Shown in pieces: positions 1-13,300 of a stretch of DNA of 64,000 bases. The stretch spans positions 11,966,001 through 12,030,000 of the forward strand of contig CM022670.1 of assembly GCA_012295275.1 (NCBI GenBank), read 5' to 3'. The notes under the pieces are model-generated. The model ran no database searches and had not been told where the DNA came from. It saw nothing but the letters and a program-made list of their open reading frames with translations. Numbering within the stretch: position 1 is the first letter of the stretch; the number at the start of each line of letters is the position of its first letter. The stretch comes from Chrysomallon squamiferum (Eukaryota; Animalia; Mollusca). Position numbers and translations under genes: made by a program.

Positions 1-1030
1 ACTAATTGAGGGCACTGTTCATATAATCATTTTGATTAGATGGGAAAGCATGTATTAATGGTGTTTGATTATAACATTCAGGTGGTAGTGGCAGAATGTG
101 AAATAGCTTAATGCTTAATGTGTACACTAAGACGAATTGACCCTTTGTTCCTTGGTTTCTGAGCAAACATTTCTACAGTTGAGTAACAGTCACAGTGTAC
201 TGAAAAATCTGTTATATGTGAATAGATGAATCACTGACTTTATTTTTGTATTTGTCACAGGAATAAAAAATTTCTGAAATGACAAGTGAAGGTGAAAAAA
301 GACCTGTTAAGATTTTGTTGCTTTTTTTCAACTTTATTTGAGTTAATTGTCTTTTTCTTTTCTATTTATTTATTTATTCATTTATTTATTTATTTTTAAT
401 GAAGGCATTTATCATTCTTTTAATGAAATAAATTAGAAAAATTACTTTATTATATAGAATCTCCATATAAATTCTGAATATCTCATTTCAAATTCACTTT
501 AAAACGCTACAGTAATTTTAGTTTATGTTTATGTTGTTTTCTGGCTACATAAGTCAGTTTTTAAAATAAATAGCATAACTATTAATGATTTATTCTGTTA
601 CAAATAAAAAACATTTATAATTAGTTGTTATTAAACTTGCGTTAAAGAATTTTATTTTATTTTATTTTATTTTATTTTATTTCATTTCATTTTATTGTTT
701 ATTACATTTCTAAAAGAACCAAGGAAAAAAAAACTAACACATAATATTACAAATAAAATAAATGTACTGAAAGGCTTTGACAACGAAATTATATTTGACT
801 TAATTCATTTTATTGGTTTAGAATCGACCTAACTTTTTCTTTTCAGCTTTTATTTTTATTTTTACTTTTTTTTATTTGTTGTGGTTTGTTTTGCTGCTGT
901 TTTTTTTTTTTTTTCCCCTTCTTTCCTTTTACAAAACAAAATTTGTTTGCTTTAATTTCTAGTATTTTAATTCACTTCAGATAATAGACATCCATTAAGT
1001 AATTACTTAACAAATAAACAAGAAAAAAGT

Positions 1031-1044
1031 GTTTCTATGGCAAC
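1031..1044 (+). promoter_or_regulatory. RFX X-box motif
   Basis: GTTTCTATGGCAAC is a near-consensus 14-bp X-box about 3 kb upstream of the KCNE-like CDS; target gene unproven. Confidence 0.4.
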
Positions 1045-3244
1045 ATTGATCCACATTAGTGTTTTGATGTATGCTAGAAGTGTTTTCCGTCGACTCAGTT
1101 TGTCAGAAATATTTGATACTCAGACATAAAGCTTCGCTGCAGACATTAAGATTAGTAACAGGCTTGGTGAACTAGCTGGTTAATATCTACTGTATTTCAT
1201 GGCTGAAGATATCTGACATTTTCTCTGGCTGTCTTTGCTAATGGTCTTGGTTCTTTATGGGATTCCAATACTGGTTCAAGGACAGGCTATATAACTCAGT
1301 TTGTCATTAGGGTTTATGAGTTTGAAGGATCAACCCTGCTCACCAAAGATTTTGGTCTGTTTTGCTGTTCTAGCCAAAATATCACAAGGAATTTATTTCT
1401 TGATCATGGTATGAATTTTACTGATTTTCTGGGGGGAAAAAGAAGAAAGAAAAAAAAAAAGAAGAAAGAAAAAAGTTCCTTTGTAAAGCATGATGTTGCA
1501 GAAGCATGAATAATTTTGATACAAAACACGTGCTGAAACCTAATTAACACTTTTTGTCAAATTAATTGAATTTTTATTTTTGTTTTTTTTCCAAGATGTG
1601 AAGTTTATAAAAACTATTTTTCTTAACTACAAATGTCTGAAAGGAAGGGAGCAAAGTTTTATTTAACAATAATAACAACAACGATATTTCTATGGCAGTG
1701 ACAAATCATATAGTGTGAAATGGGTCAATGTAGACACTGAAAAGCAATTTTATATCAAAAAAAATTTAAAAAAAGATTAAATTAAAAAATAAAAAAAAGT
1801 TAATAAAAAATAATAATAATAATAATAATAAATAAGTAAATAAAAAAATAATTAATCTAAGGTTAAGGATAATACAGAAAATTGTAGCTCATACCAACTG
1901 CCAGACATTTTTTTTTTTAATTATTAGTAACAAATCTTTTTAACTAGCATTTGTAAGAGTATGCATTTATTTCTATTTTGTTCTGTGTCTGCATTTTATG
2001 CATAGCCTCTGTATGTGTATGCGAGCATGAATGCATATGTGTGTGTGTGTATGTCTGAATGTGCTCAGTGCATGTATGTCAATGCACATCAAAAAATAAT
2101 TGTGAAATGATAAAAGATTATTATAGTTCAGATTGTAATTGGACAATACCTGTGGGAATCAAACCAGACAAGTAAATGCCTTCCAACCATCTCAAGAGCT
2201 TTGTTACATATACAATTACTTCTTTCCTTAGCTGTGAGGTATAATTTACATGGCTTGTGTTTTTGTTTGGGTTACAGTGATTCCTGTAACAACCAGAATT
2301 TGATTGATCTCTGTTTTTGTTTCACATTTCAGGCATTTTTTGTTAATAGCCCCTCTCTCATCAGATTTAGTGAATGACAGAAAATGTTTTTCAGCTCATT
2401 TCATTTCTTTCACTCTATCTCTCTATCCTGTCTCTTTCTATCTCTCTCTATCTCTCTCTCACTCGCACACACACACACACACATGAACACACATTTTTAA
2501 AATTATAATATATAGATGTATATATATCACAATCTTGCTTTCTTTTTCTTTACAAATTTCTGTTTCTTTCCTCTTACATTATATTTCTTCTTTCCTTTAA
2601 TTTCTGTTTGTATTTGTATACATTTTCTCTGTTTTTCTTCTACAAGTACATTAATTGCTTTAGATAAAGCATTGATTAGAGACTTTACTGATTAGTTTCT
2701 GCAAGTATCTGCTACAGTCTCAGACAACCATTGAGACGTCTTCTCCCATTTCTTCAACATAACTAAAAACTGTGTTATAACAAAGCAAATGTGTATTGAT
2801 TTTTGTGGCTTGTGGAAGGAAATGGTTTTGTTAAAATACACTATGACACTGTAGGTGGAGAGAGAGAAAGAGAGAAAAAAAAAAAAAAAAATCAACAAGT
2901 TATTAGTTTCTGGGTGTTTTTTTTTTTTTTTTTTTACAGCATCGTGCAACAGCTTGTTCAGTACAGTTTGGAGATGAAGTAAAAATAATAAGTGTGACAT
3001 TTTGTATTTAAAAATATTGCTGATAAAATTGGAATAGCTCTATTGATTGGAATGTAATGTGATTTTTTTATTTTTTATTTTTTTTTTTAGTACAGGTGTC
3101 AGTCATATTATATTATTCAGTTGATTTTTAGATTATTCAAAAAGGGTCTATATTTGGATTTAGCTGTTCCAGTTGTGTAATTACAATATAAACTATACTG
3201 TGTTGGTTATTATAAGTGGTCAGAATGCACAGGTTTGTGTGTGT

Positions 3245-3247
<3 letters not shown>

Positions 3248-3326
<79 letters not shown>
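3248..3326. repeat. (GT)n microsatellite
   Basis: Uninterrupted TG dinucleotide run. Confidence 0.95.
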
Positions 3327-3329
<3 letters not shown>

Positions 3330-4022
3330 AAACAGCAAGAGAGAGAGTCAAAAGATGTTATTTTGTCATTTTATGTCTTTATTTTATTAATTTATTTTTA
3401 TCTTGTAGTTATTATTTTATTTTTCAGAGACATCACTTTAAACAGAACACAGAGTATATCAGAATGATCCAGTCATGACTCTGCTGTTTCCCAGTTGAGA
3501 CAAATCAAAAGAAGACTTGGAACAAAGTAAGAGAAATCTGGTGATTGTTTGCAAGTGTCCGGAGAAAGAGAGAAATGTAAATAACACAGTGTGGACTGTG
3601 ACATCAAGATGACAGATAATCTTGGACTGTGACTTCTGGTTGACTGTGTGAGGATGGTGTAAAGTCTGGTGAAATGGAAAAATAGATTTTTAATATACAG
3701 TTATCTGAAAGGTGTCAAAGGAGTTGTTAGATAAGCATGTTCAGATATATTGTGTAAAAATATTAAATCTATTGATACTATTCACATATAATGTGAACAT
3801 ATAAGAAGCTTCAGGCAGCTATTCAGGTCAGCTAGAAGATATAAAAAAAAAAGAAATAAAAAAAATATTGAGATATATTATGTAGCTGCTGCCTGTGCCA
3901 TTTTGTTTTGATAGTTTAACAAGTGATTGTTATAAAATGTGGGTCATTTTTCCAAGTGTCATTTGTGTTACAGTGTTATTATCTTGACACCAGAGTTTTT
4001 GTAATCCAGACTTTTACTCATC

Positions 4023-4484
4023 ATGAAACTTGTTCAGCCTCTGTTTGGAAGCAACATGACAAACATGACTTCCATGTCAGGACTGACCATGGTCAACCTA
4101 CTGGAAGTGGTCACTCCAACCACACTGGACAACTCTTCACTGCCGACAAGCAGACCTGGTAGGACGTCCCTCAACGCTCTCATGTACATCGTTGTCGTTC
4201 TTTTCTTCTACTCATTCAGCCTCATCATTCTGATGGTGAAGTACGTGAGAAGGGAGAAAGAGGAAGCCAATTTGAGACACTATTACCAGGAATTCGTGTC
4301 CCGAGAAAGATTCCGTTCAGCTCTGTTCCAGAACAAAATTTACATGGAGAGTTTATTAAGGAAACAGAAACTGTGTGAAATGCAGGAGCAGAATGGAAAC
4401 AAAATATACTGTAGTGGTAGTCTGTTGAAAGAGGACTCTGTTGTGGAAAAGCTATTGACTAACAGGAATGAAACAATTGTATGA
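4023..4484 (+). CDS. Single-pass membrane protein, KCNE/MinK-like potassium-channel auxiliary subunit candidate (153 aa)
   Basis: Intronless ORF, clearly more GC-rich than its flanks. No signal peptide; sequons N11-M-T, N14-M-T, N37-S-S; one hydrophobic helix (A52-V72) followed by KYVRREKEE; pattern N..MYI..V.F........L...Y.R..K.......Y matches recalled KCNE1/KCNE3. In-frame downstream ATGs (4056, 4065, 4074, 4089) make the exact start uncertain. Coding status is well supported; family assignment is less so. Confidence 0.75.
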   Translation: MKLVQPLFGSNMTNMTSMSGLTMVNLLEVVTPTTLDNSSLPTSRPGRTSLNALMYIVVVLFFYSFSLIILMVKYVRREKEEANLRHYYQEFVSRERFRSALFQNKIYMESLLRKQKLCEMQEQNGNKIYCSGSLLKEDSVVEKLLTNRNETIV

Positions 4485-7400
4485 GAAAAATGTATAAATA
4501 ACGTGTGTAATATTGGAATCAAAAAGATTTATTTTTAAAAAAAAAGTTTAAAAATTGAAAAAAACCAAAAGAGAAAGTTTAACAGGAGAATCTGTGGCTG
4601 AAAAATTAAGTAGTTGTTTGATTCTTAGTTAATCGTTTGGAAGAAGACAGTTAATAACTTTGTTATGAAATTCTGAATTTTAAAAAAAAAAATAAAAAAA
4701 AAATGATAAAGTAAAAGTAAAAGTAAAGGCAGTTAAATGCTGGAAAAATTACTGAAACCCAAGTTTTAAGAAATGTAACTTGTAAGAAAAAAAAAAAAGA
4801 AGATTTTTATTTAAAGAAAAAGCAATTGTTTGTCATGATTACAACATAAAGTTACTGAGTTTGTGAAAAGATAAAAATGGAATCAAGCAGCATGAAGCAA
4901 ATGTTTAAGTTTTAGTACAAACAACATGAAACAGCTGCAGGAAGCTGGATTATGGATTTGAAGAGAGAGAAGTCACAGGAATACAAAATAAATTTGTTTA
5001 AAAAAAAACAGTAGTCACCTTAATAAGGTGAAAAAAGAAATTATATCTAACATTCATTTCTGTTTGAACTGAAATGTGCTAAAGGGGACAGAATAAGGAT
5101 TAGTAGATGGGAAAAAAGTTATTGAAAGTAATCAGTGATAAGAGCATCTGAAAAAAAGAATGTTATTTTCTGATGTGTAACTGAATAACTTAAAAGGTTT
5201 AACTGAACTGCTTCATTCTAAAAGCCAAAAAAAAAATTTGTAAAGAAACTGGGGATGTCAAAACATGAGTTAAAAGGCAAGCTTGTTGAACAGAGAAAAT
5301 AAAAAATAGTAAAAAAAAAAATTATTGGTTTTTATTTTCATTTTTCCTTGAAAAAGAAAAAAAAAATCTAATTCCTTTTAAAATTTATTTTTGAGAGCTT
5401 TTACATTTATTATTGTTTTGTTGATTGTCTTTTTTTTTCTTTTTTTTTTTTTTAGATATTTTAAATCTAAGAAAATCAATGGCCTTTCTAGATTTAATCA
5501 TGGTTGCTTTTTTCTGCCTACATTAATCAATTAAAAACAATAAAGGAACAATCACAAACACTGAATTAAATATAACCACTTTCTGATTTAACTTGTCACG
5601 AGATGAACACAACTACGCAAAAATCTTAAATCTATAAAAGCCTCAACTCATTAAAAATTAGTATCACTGGCAAAACAAAATTTATTTTATTTTATTGCCT
5701 GGTTATTTTGGTACATCATTTTCCTTGAGAAAAAAACCCAAACAAAAATACACCCCAAAAATACAATCTGTTTAGTGCATCTTTGAAGAAAATAAAAATA
5801 AAAAGCACCAAGCAATAAACATTAATGTTATCGGTTGCTGGGAAACAAACAAACATTATTATGATAAAATGATATTTTATTTTCACTACAAAGTTTTATC
5901 AGATTCTATTTTTTACACATTAATTGGGTTGTCGAGCCAGTTAATTTCCTGAACGTAAGTATTCTGATTAATAATTTGGTGAGTTAATCAGTTTCATTAA
6001 ATAACAAAGAGAACTGTTTCAGGCATTTTAGATATTCATTTCTTTCTTGTTAATTGTCTTGTCGTGGCTGACTGAATGAATGATTTGTCTGCAGACAATG
6101 AAATCCTGGACTCATCAGTGCACTTAGTATCTGTTATAATACTAAGAAACAATTTTTAAATAAAAGATAACTGTCATCATCACTCTTTTTGTATGCACCT
6201 GCTCAAAAAATGTGAAAATACATGCCATTCTATCTCTTAGATAATTTTATAAGATTATGGTCGTGTATCTGAAATATATTAGCAAGTAAAAACATTTTTT
6301 TTAAAAAGAACAATTTGTGATATATATGTGTAAGAGATAAGCTGTAAATTTGAATGATGAAAAATGTTAAAGACAGTTTGAAATGTAAGTAAATTTATAT
6401 TAAAAAATGTAAGAAAAACAGTTTGTGCAAAGTACAAGGCAGTAATTTTGCATGAATTTTTAAGAATGTTCAGGTATTTGTGTGAAATGTGAACTGTAAA
6501 TCTGTATGAAACCTCTCTTTAATTCCAGCTGAAAGATATATCGAAAACTTTTGTTTAGAAAGATAAGACAAAATTTGCTGTTCCAATTCAGTTCTCACTA
6601 AGATTTTTAAGTTTTCCAAATAAAAACCATTAACCATTGTGTATTATCCAGAAAGTAAAAAACCCAATAATTTAATAACATAGATTTTATATTTTCTACT
6701 ATCTCTGGATGTACATGTTGTCTTACTATTCTTATAAACACACAAATCAGGAGATAAAGAAATCTTATTTTCTAGACAGCTTAATCAAGATCTAAACGGA
6801 GAACTAATGTCTGGAAATACTCTTTAATAAAGGAAAATTAGTTTTAGTTCCAAAACTTTCACATCCATCAGTTTTTCATCAAACAACGAATCCTTGTTTA
6901 AAAAAATAAAACGTTCTGGTTTAGTCGAGCTAATGGTGTTGTAAGCAGTGTTTGTAGACAGATTAATGTTTTCTTTTAGGGTTCAATTGGCCAATTTGAA
7001 ATGTTAATTACAAATCAATACAATGCTGCAGACTATTTCTGTGAACTGGCAGTTCAGCTCTTCGTATGCAGCACCCATCAAAATTCTGTATTAAATCCCA
7101 TGTTTATTAACACTGTCCATTCTACAGGAACACAGAATTACCTTCTGTTAATTTAAAAGAAGAGAAATAACAATCTTTTAACCTTTTGAACCAGTTTAAC
7201 ATTCGTCTTAACTCATGGTTTTTAATTTATTTTTAAATCACATTACAATAAGAGAACAAAACATTTGTGTACATTTTAACTTGTGAAATCATTTAAAATC
7301 TAGGATCTGGAAACAAAATTTAGTAGATACAATTTAAATTAAATTTTGTTTCTCTTTCTGTAAATTAAATCAACAGGTGTCAGGTGCTAGATAAATATAC

Positions 7401-10071
7401 TGGCACAACCACTCGCAAAGAAGCAATTATTTTTCAACAACATGCAGATAAATCAGTCGCATCTTCACATCATCTTTTATCATTACCGGTTTAATCCAAT
7501 ATAGTAACAGGTGCGTAGCTTACCCGCAGGTGTTGCCATTTTCATTAAAATTGGCTTATATTTTTCATTTAATGGACATAATAGTTTCCTCTCTTGCCAT
7601 TAACCTAATAAAAAAAATCTATAGCTATGAAGACTTGCTCATAAATGGAGATAATGAGCAGTGAACTGAAGTTATATATTCCTAGGGTCAATTCTCCACA
7701 CATCAACCAAGTCATTTCCTGTTATAGCGTCATCCAAGACTGGTCTTACAAAGGCTGCGGATCTTAAGGTGTATGTGAAATATTTGAAGCAGAGAGAAGC
7801 TGTGAGAATCCTTTTTTTTTTTTTTTTTTAATGTCTTCCTTGCACAAAAACTGTTTCTCTTATCTATTAATATTTAATATTAAAAAAAAAAAGTAACTGA
7901 ACATTTCTTTTTTATTCATTTCATACAGAATTTAAAATCCCAGATTAATGAGGCCGTTAAATTTATACACTGTCTGCACAATATTAAAGTGGTTCCACAC
8001 ACTTTCAAAATCAACAGGTATGATTTTAAAGTAGGTCCAACCAACAAAGCAATGACTGACTCTTGTTCAAGCATTTTATTAAGATTGTATTTTATATTAC
8101 ATATTTCATAAAAAGATGAATAAAACCATGAGTGAAAATGTTTACAACAGTTAAAAAAGCACAAAATGCATTATGTAAGCTAAAATATACATGCTTATGA
8201 GACGTGATTATGGTTGTATGAAAAACTATTTGTAAACTAAGACAGATTTCCAAATACAGAAATGTGATGTCAACAGTTTCGAACTGGGTTCCTCAACTTT
8301 CTCCCTTGACTTCATCAAAATGTTTATCTCCATTTCTTTTTATTGGGTTTCATAAAATAATGTGAGTTAAAAAAATTTGTAAAATGTAAAACAACATGGT
8401 ATTCAGTTTTTATATTAAAAGGGTAAAAAAAACAACCCCAAAACCCCACAAAATAAAAAAGAAAGCAAACCCCAGTATTTGTAAAGTTTACTAATATGTT
8501 TATTCGTGTGTATATATATATATAAGTAATAGTTATTTTATGCAAAATTAATGTTTGTAGATACAAGTAATTCATTAATATAATAACTATGTACCAAACA
8601 TAGATATTATTCTTTTTCTACTTCTTCCTCCACCAAAGAATTTGCAATCTATCAGAGAAGAAACAAATCAGAATCAAATCATATCTCTTCTCATTTTCTC
8701 CATCTAGGTAAAAACAGGGTTTAAAAAAATAAAAATAAATAAAACTTTAAAAAAAAAGGGAAAAATACTATTTTCATGAGATTTAACTTGCTTTATAAAC
8801 AGAATCTGTTCACAATGTTAATAAATGTTTATATAACAACATTTACTATGGATTTATTCATTTTAATAATCACCATCTCAAAACTGGTTTAGAAATTCAG
8901 TTTTCTCAAACAAATGTTGTTATCATCTATTACAACTATATGTTGTACAACAAAATTTTAAAAAAATAACAAAAACAAAAAAAAAACGAAAGAAAAATAC
9001 CATCATGTACAAATCAGTACAGCTGGTGAAGTTTTGAAAATAAATGCATTTATTTACTTTAGAGAATAGATTATTTTTAAAAATCTGTCTGGAAAATAAT
9101 ATAAAAAGAAAAAAAAAAAGAAAAGAGAAAACTTTATATAATAAACCATTATATAAAATATTATAATGCGAATAAAACAGGAGGCTTGATGTAAAGTGTG
9201 TAAATTTATTTATCAAGTTTCTTTCTTTCTTTTCTTGTAAAATCTGATCCAAAACATACACGTACAAAATAAATGCATGTACGATGGAACCCAGTTTATA
9301 CAAAAACTACAGGACTGAGTAGATCTCAAAAACTTTCATCTGTACAAACTCCAAAGCCATCAGCTTTTATTTAGTTTTTTAAAAAAAAAACGTTATTCAA
9401 CATTACAGAACAAACTGCACACGCATCTAAAACATGTCTGCACATTATGCATCAGACCCAATGAAAAGCAGAGTTAAGTAAAAACTGCCTTAAAAACTGG
9501 TTTAAGAATGTCTCTCCTACATTTGTCTGCTGCGATGAACAACAATGAAAATTCATTTCTGGTCTCATATAAACAATGAATATTAATTTTACACGCTAAT
9601 GTCTTTTTATTCTCATTTACAAGCACTATCAAGTGAAATTATGAATTACAAAAATATCTATGACATGGAAATTTTAAAAATGATTTTTTTTTTTTTTTTT
9701 TTTTTAAAAATGTAAACATTAGCCTATAAAATGAACTATTTACATAAATATGTAAAAAAAAATGCAGTGGAGGTAACAAGAGAAATCCTTAAAACTTTCA
9801 CTGAACGATACGAACCCATCATATATCTCATAACAAACAACGTTACCAATGTTTGCTCAATAAAAATGATAGTAAAATGTTCTACATTTTATCTGTTTTA
9901 TTTTTACTGTATCAGTTTCCAATTTTTTTATTATTTGACCAAATAATAATAATAATAATAATAGTAATAATAATGATACTAAAAACATGTGAAACACAAA
10001 AAAACAGCAATTTGTTGTATATATTTAACTGGAAAATAAATTTTAATTCTCATATCTCCTGGAATGATATA

Positions 10072-10102
<31 letters not shown>

Positions 10103-10336
10103 TTTAAAATGGTTTATGCAAATGAAAATTTCTGTACATTGACTGATGTAAAGTGATATAAAATTGATATTTCAGTAAAATGGCTGACGTGGTTTTAGAT
10201 GCGTGAACCTGTATTAAATACACCTGATGACTACTACATCTGTAATGTTTTCAGCAACACAAAAGGTCATTTAGCTGTCTGTCTTTCAGTCCAGTTGTTT
10301 AAATATTTCCTTGTTTGTGATTAGACTGGAATATTT

Positions 10337-10358
10337 TCAGGAAATTATCTAAAAAAAA

Positions 10359-10389
<31 letters not shown>

Positions 10390-13300
10390 GAAATAAATAA
10401 AAATAATTATAAAATAATTTTAAAAAGAAATACAAAACAAAAAGGAAATAATAATAATAATAAACTTTAAAAAATAAGATTATGAAAATGAAATCGTAAA
10501 GAACTCTGACATTAATATGTAAGTAGTGGCAGCTGTATCAAAGATTAGTCTAAACAAATCAACAAACTCCTGGAAAAATGTTAAATAAAATAGGCAGTGC
10601 GTCAACATACCTGTTTAACTGTATTTTTAATAAATTCTTTTCTATCCGTCAAATCAAAATCTGGGTATTTTCCATAGACCTAGAAGAATAAAAATACATT
10701 AAACTGAGTCAATAAAAATGTCTAAAACGTTAAACATCAAACTCATTATTCTGTTATTATCAGCATAGAAATTTAAAATCTAAATCATAACAGAGTACAG
10801 AAGACTTGAATAATGAACCAACACAGAAAATAAATTCTGAATAAGGAATATTCAGTTGTACTTAACAATTTTAAATTTTAATTCACTTTTTTTTGAAATT
10901 AAGTTATTTAGTTTGTTTTTTCAGAATTTACCTGTGATTTTACTAAAAAGACTTTGAATTTAAATGGATAGAAATAGACAATCTTTAAACGATTTTTAAA
11001 CCTGAAAATTAGTTTCACAATTTGTACTGTTACTAAAAAGAAATTTTAACAAAACTTTAATTATCCATTTCAAACAACTTTCTTTCTCTTTCTATATATT
11101 TCTCTGGTTTTTTTGGGGGGGGTTTTAATCTCAACTAAAACAATGAAAACGAGATTATTACCTGTTTGACAACAGTTTTCATTGTAACTTGTTCTAAATC
11201 AGCACCATCTAAAATTTTCTTTATCAGATCCTTCAGTTCATCATTCTGAAAACAAAATGCCAAGTATTATTTTAATAATCCAATACACAAAATATTAACT
11301 ATGGCCACTAAGTATTTTCATCAAACATTTTTTTTTTAATCATTTTAAATATTGAAATGATAACAAGAAAGAATCAAATAATGATGTGAATATAAACTGA
11401 AGCCTGTACTAACCAGACTTAGTAAAACTTACCCCTGGGGCTTCCTTCCTCTTCTTCACGAGAGGCTCATCCTCCTCAGAACTGTCATCATCAGCAGCTG
11501 ATAAAAAGAATGAATGAAATTAAAAATTATTAAAATTATTAAAAAAAAAAAATCCAAAATAAAATCAACCAATCCCTAAATAAGATAGCAGTGGGCAGAA
11601 CATTTAAAACCAAAAGTAACATGCCTAATGTCATTTAAATGTTTAACAAATCTAAAATGTATCTAGATAGAAATAAATGAACATTTAAAAGGATCACGTT
11701 TTGTTTTTTTCTTTCTTTTTTTTAACATTTAAAACAACAGATTTATTAATTTTAAAATATTTTGATAATGACTGTATTCATCCACATCACGAGAATTAAA
11801 AAGTACAAGGACAATACTAAAAAGAAATGCTAAAATATATTTTATAATAAAATCGTATTCGACAAGAATACCGATGGTATAAAAAAGCAAAAAAAGAGGA
11901 AAATTTCATAAAAAAATTAAAAAAAGCATTGTGGCTAGTTTCAAAATTTTTAACTCTTTCATGTGCAACTTTTTAATAAAAAAATAAACTAATTACAGAA
12001 CTGTTTCCAAAGAGAAATTTGTCACATTGCTTGAAATTATCAGATTTAACACCTTTTTACTGTATGGTATAGTTTTTGGGGTGTTCCTAGAAAAACTTTA
12101 TTACCATACAATGTGCAAAAATTCAAATTGTTTTCATTTTCTTCTTGACTTTTTGATAATACTTTAAATAAAAACATCAGTCAGAAATATACTTGTATGA
12201 TCTGGTTCCTTCATAATCAAGGCAGATAACTACTGTGAATACTATGATTACCTTTATGTTAATGCTCTGTTCAAATTAATGTAACTTAATCTGAATATGG
12301 TCATTTTACTCAATCACCCTATTAATATAAAATTTATTTATTTATTAATAACATACCATGTTTCTTTTTTTCTGCTTTATCTTTTCTTGCAGGTTTGTCT
12401 TTCTTTGAGTCTTTTTTGCCTTCTTTCTTGCTCTCTTTTTTGGCGTCTTTCTTTGTTTCCTTTGGATTATGCTTTGTCTTTTTGGTTGGTTTTTCTTCTT
12501 TTTTTTGAGATTTCTTCGGGGATTGTTTGTCCAATTTTTTCTTCTTTTTTGGAGGCTAAAATGATTTGATTCATTTATTGTTTCTTCTTCTTTTATTAAA
12601 GTAAATATCAATTCTCTTATTAGTGCCAAACATTTTGCTTGACAATGTTATAATATTGCAAGTTGCAATTACTTAAGGTTAACAAATATGTACTGTACAT
12701 TAAATAAATAAAAAATAAAAAGTATTTTGACCTAACAGTCCTAAAATGAGAACATTACAAGATTTTTAATGTTATACTTAACAAAAACAACTATGATTTT
12801 AATTTTTAAAATTATCCTCACATATATAAAAACATTAAAAAAAAAGTCATATTCTAAATTCTGTCAAACTACCTCTGGTTCTTCCTCTTCATCTGATGCC
12901 TCTTCTTCTTCTTCTTCTTCCTCCTCCCCTTGAGCTCCTCCCTCCTCCTCCTCACTCCCTTCCTCCTGTTCACTTTCTTCTTCTTCATTTTCATCTTCTT
13001 CTGAGGTCACGTTCTTTTTTGATGGTTTAGACTTTGCATCTTTCTGTGCAAGTCTCCTCCTCTCTTCCATTTCCTTTCTGGTTGCACCTGTTACAATTAT
13101 TTAACATTTTACATGCATTAAAACCTGACTGAAAATCAAATCGCCAAGGTAACTGTCACTTGAAGTATACAACATGCTTTTAAAACAGGGTTTAGATGCG
13201 AAATGTGATACAAATTTATCAGATATTTATTTCATTCATTGACAATTCCTTACACTGTGATAACACACACACTTAGCTTTACAGCACTGTAAAACATTAT

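Noticed and set aside
3173-3478. ORFs with CV/VC, HT, YI, YIHT, poly-T/V/S/H/N repeats here and at 24628, 28741, 30028, 47422, 52546-52859, 53648-53931, 57098-57339, 58885, 59287-59712, 61810, 62298, 62696
   Set aside because: Translations of stop-free microsatellites; no coding evidence.
4485-5330. Purine-rich sequence after the KCNE-like stop as a decayed coding extension
   Set aside because: No sustained frame and only weak self-similarity; consistent with an A-rich 3' UTR.
8923-9303. 126-aa hydrophobic minus-strand ORF downstream of DEK
   Set aside because: F/L/I/K-rich product of T-rich 3' UTR-like sequence, TTG start, no motif.
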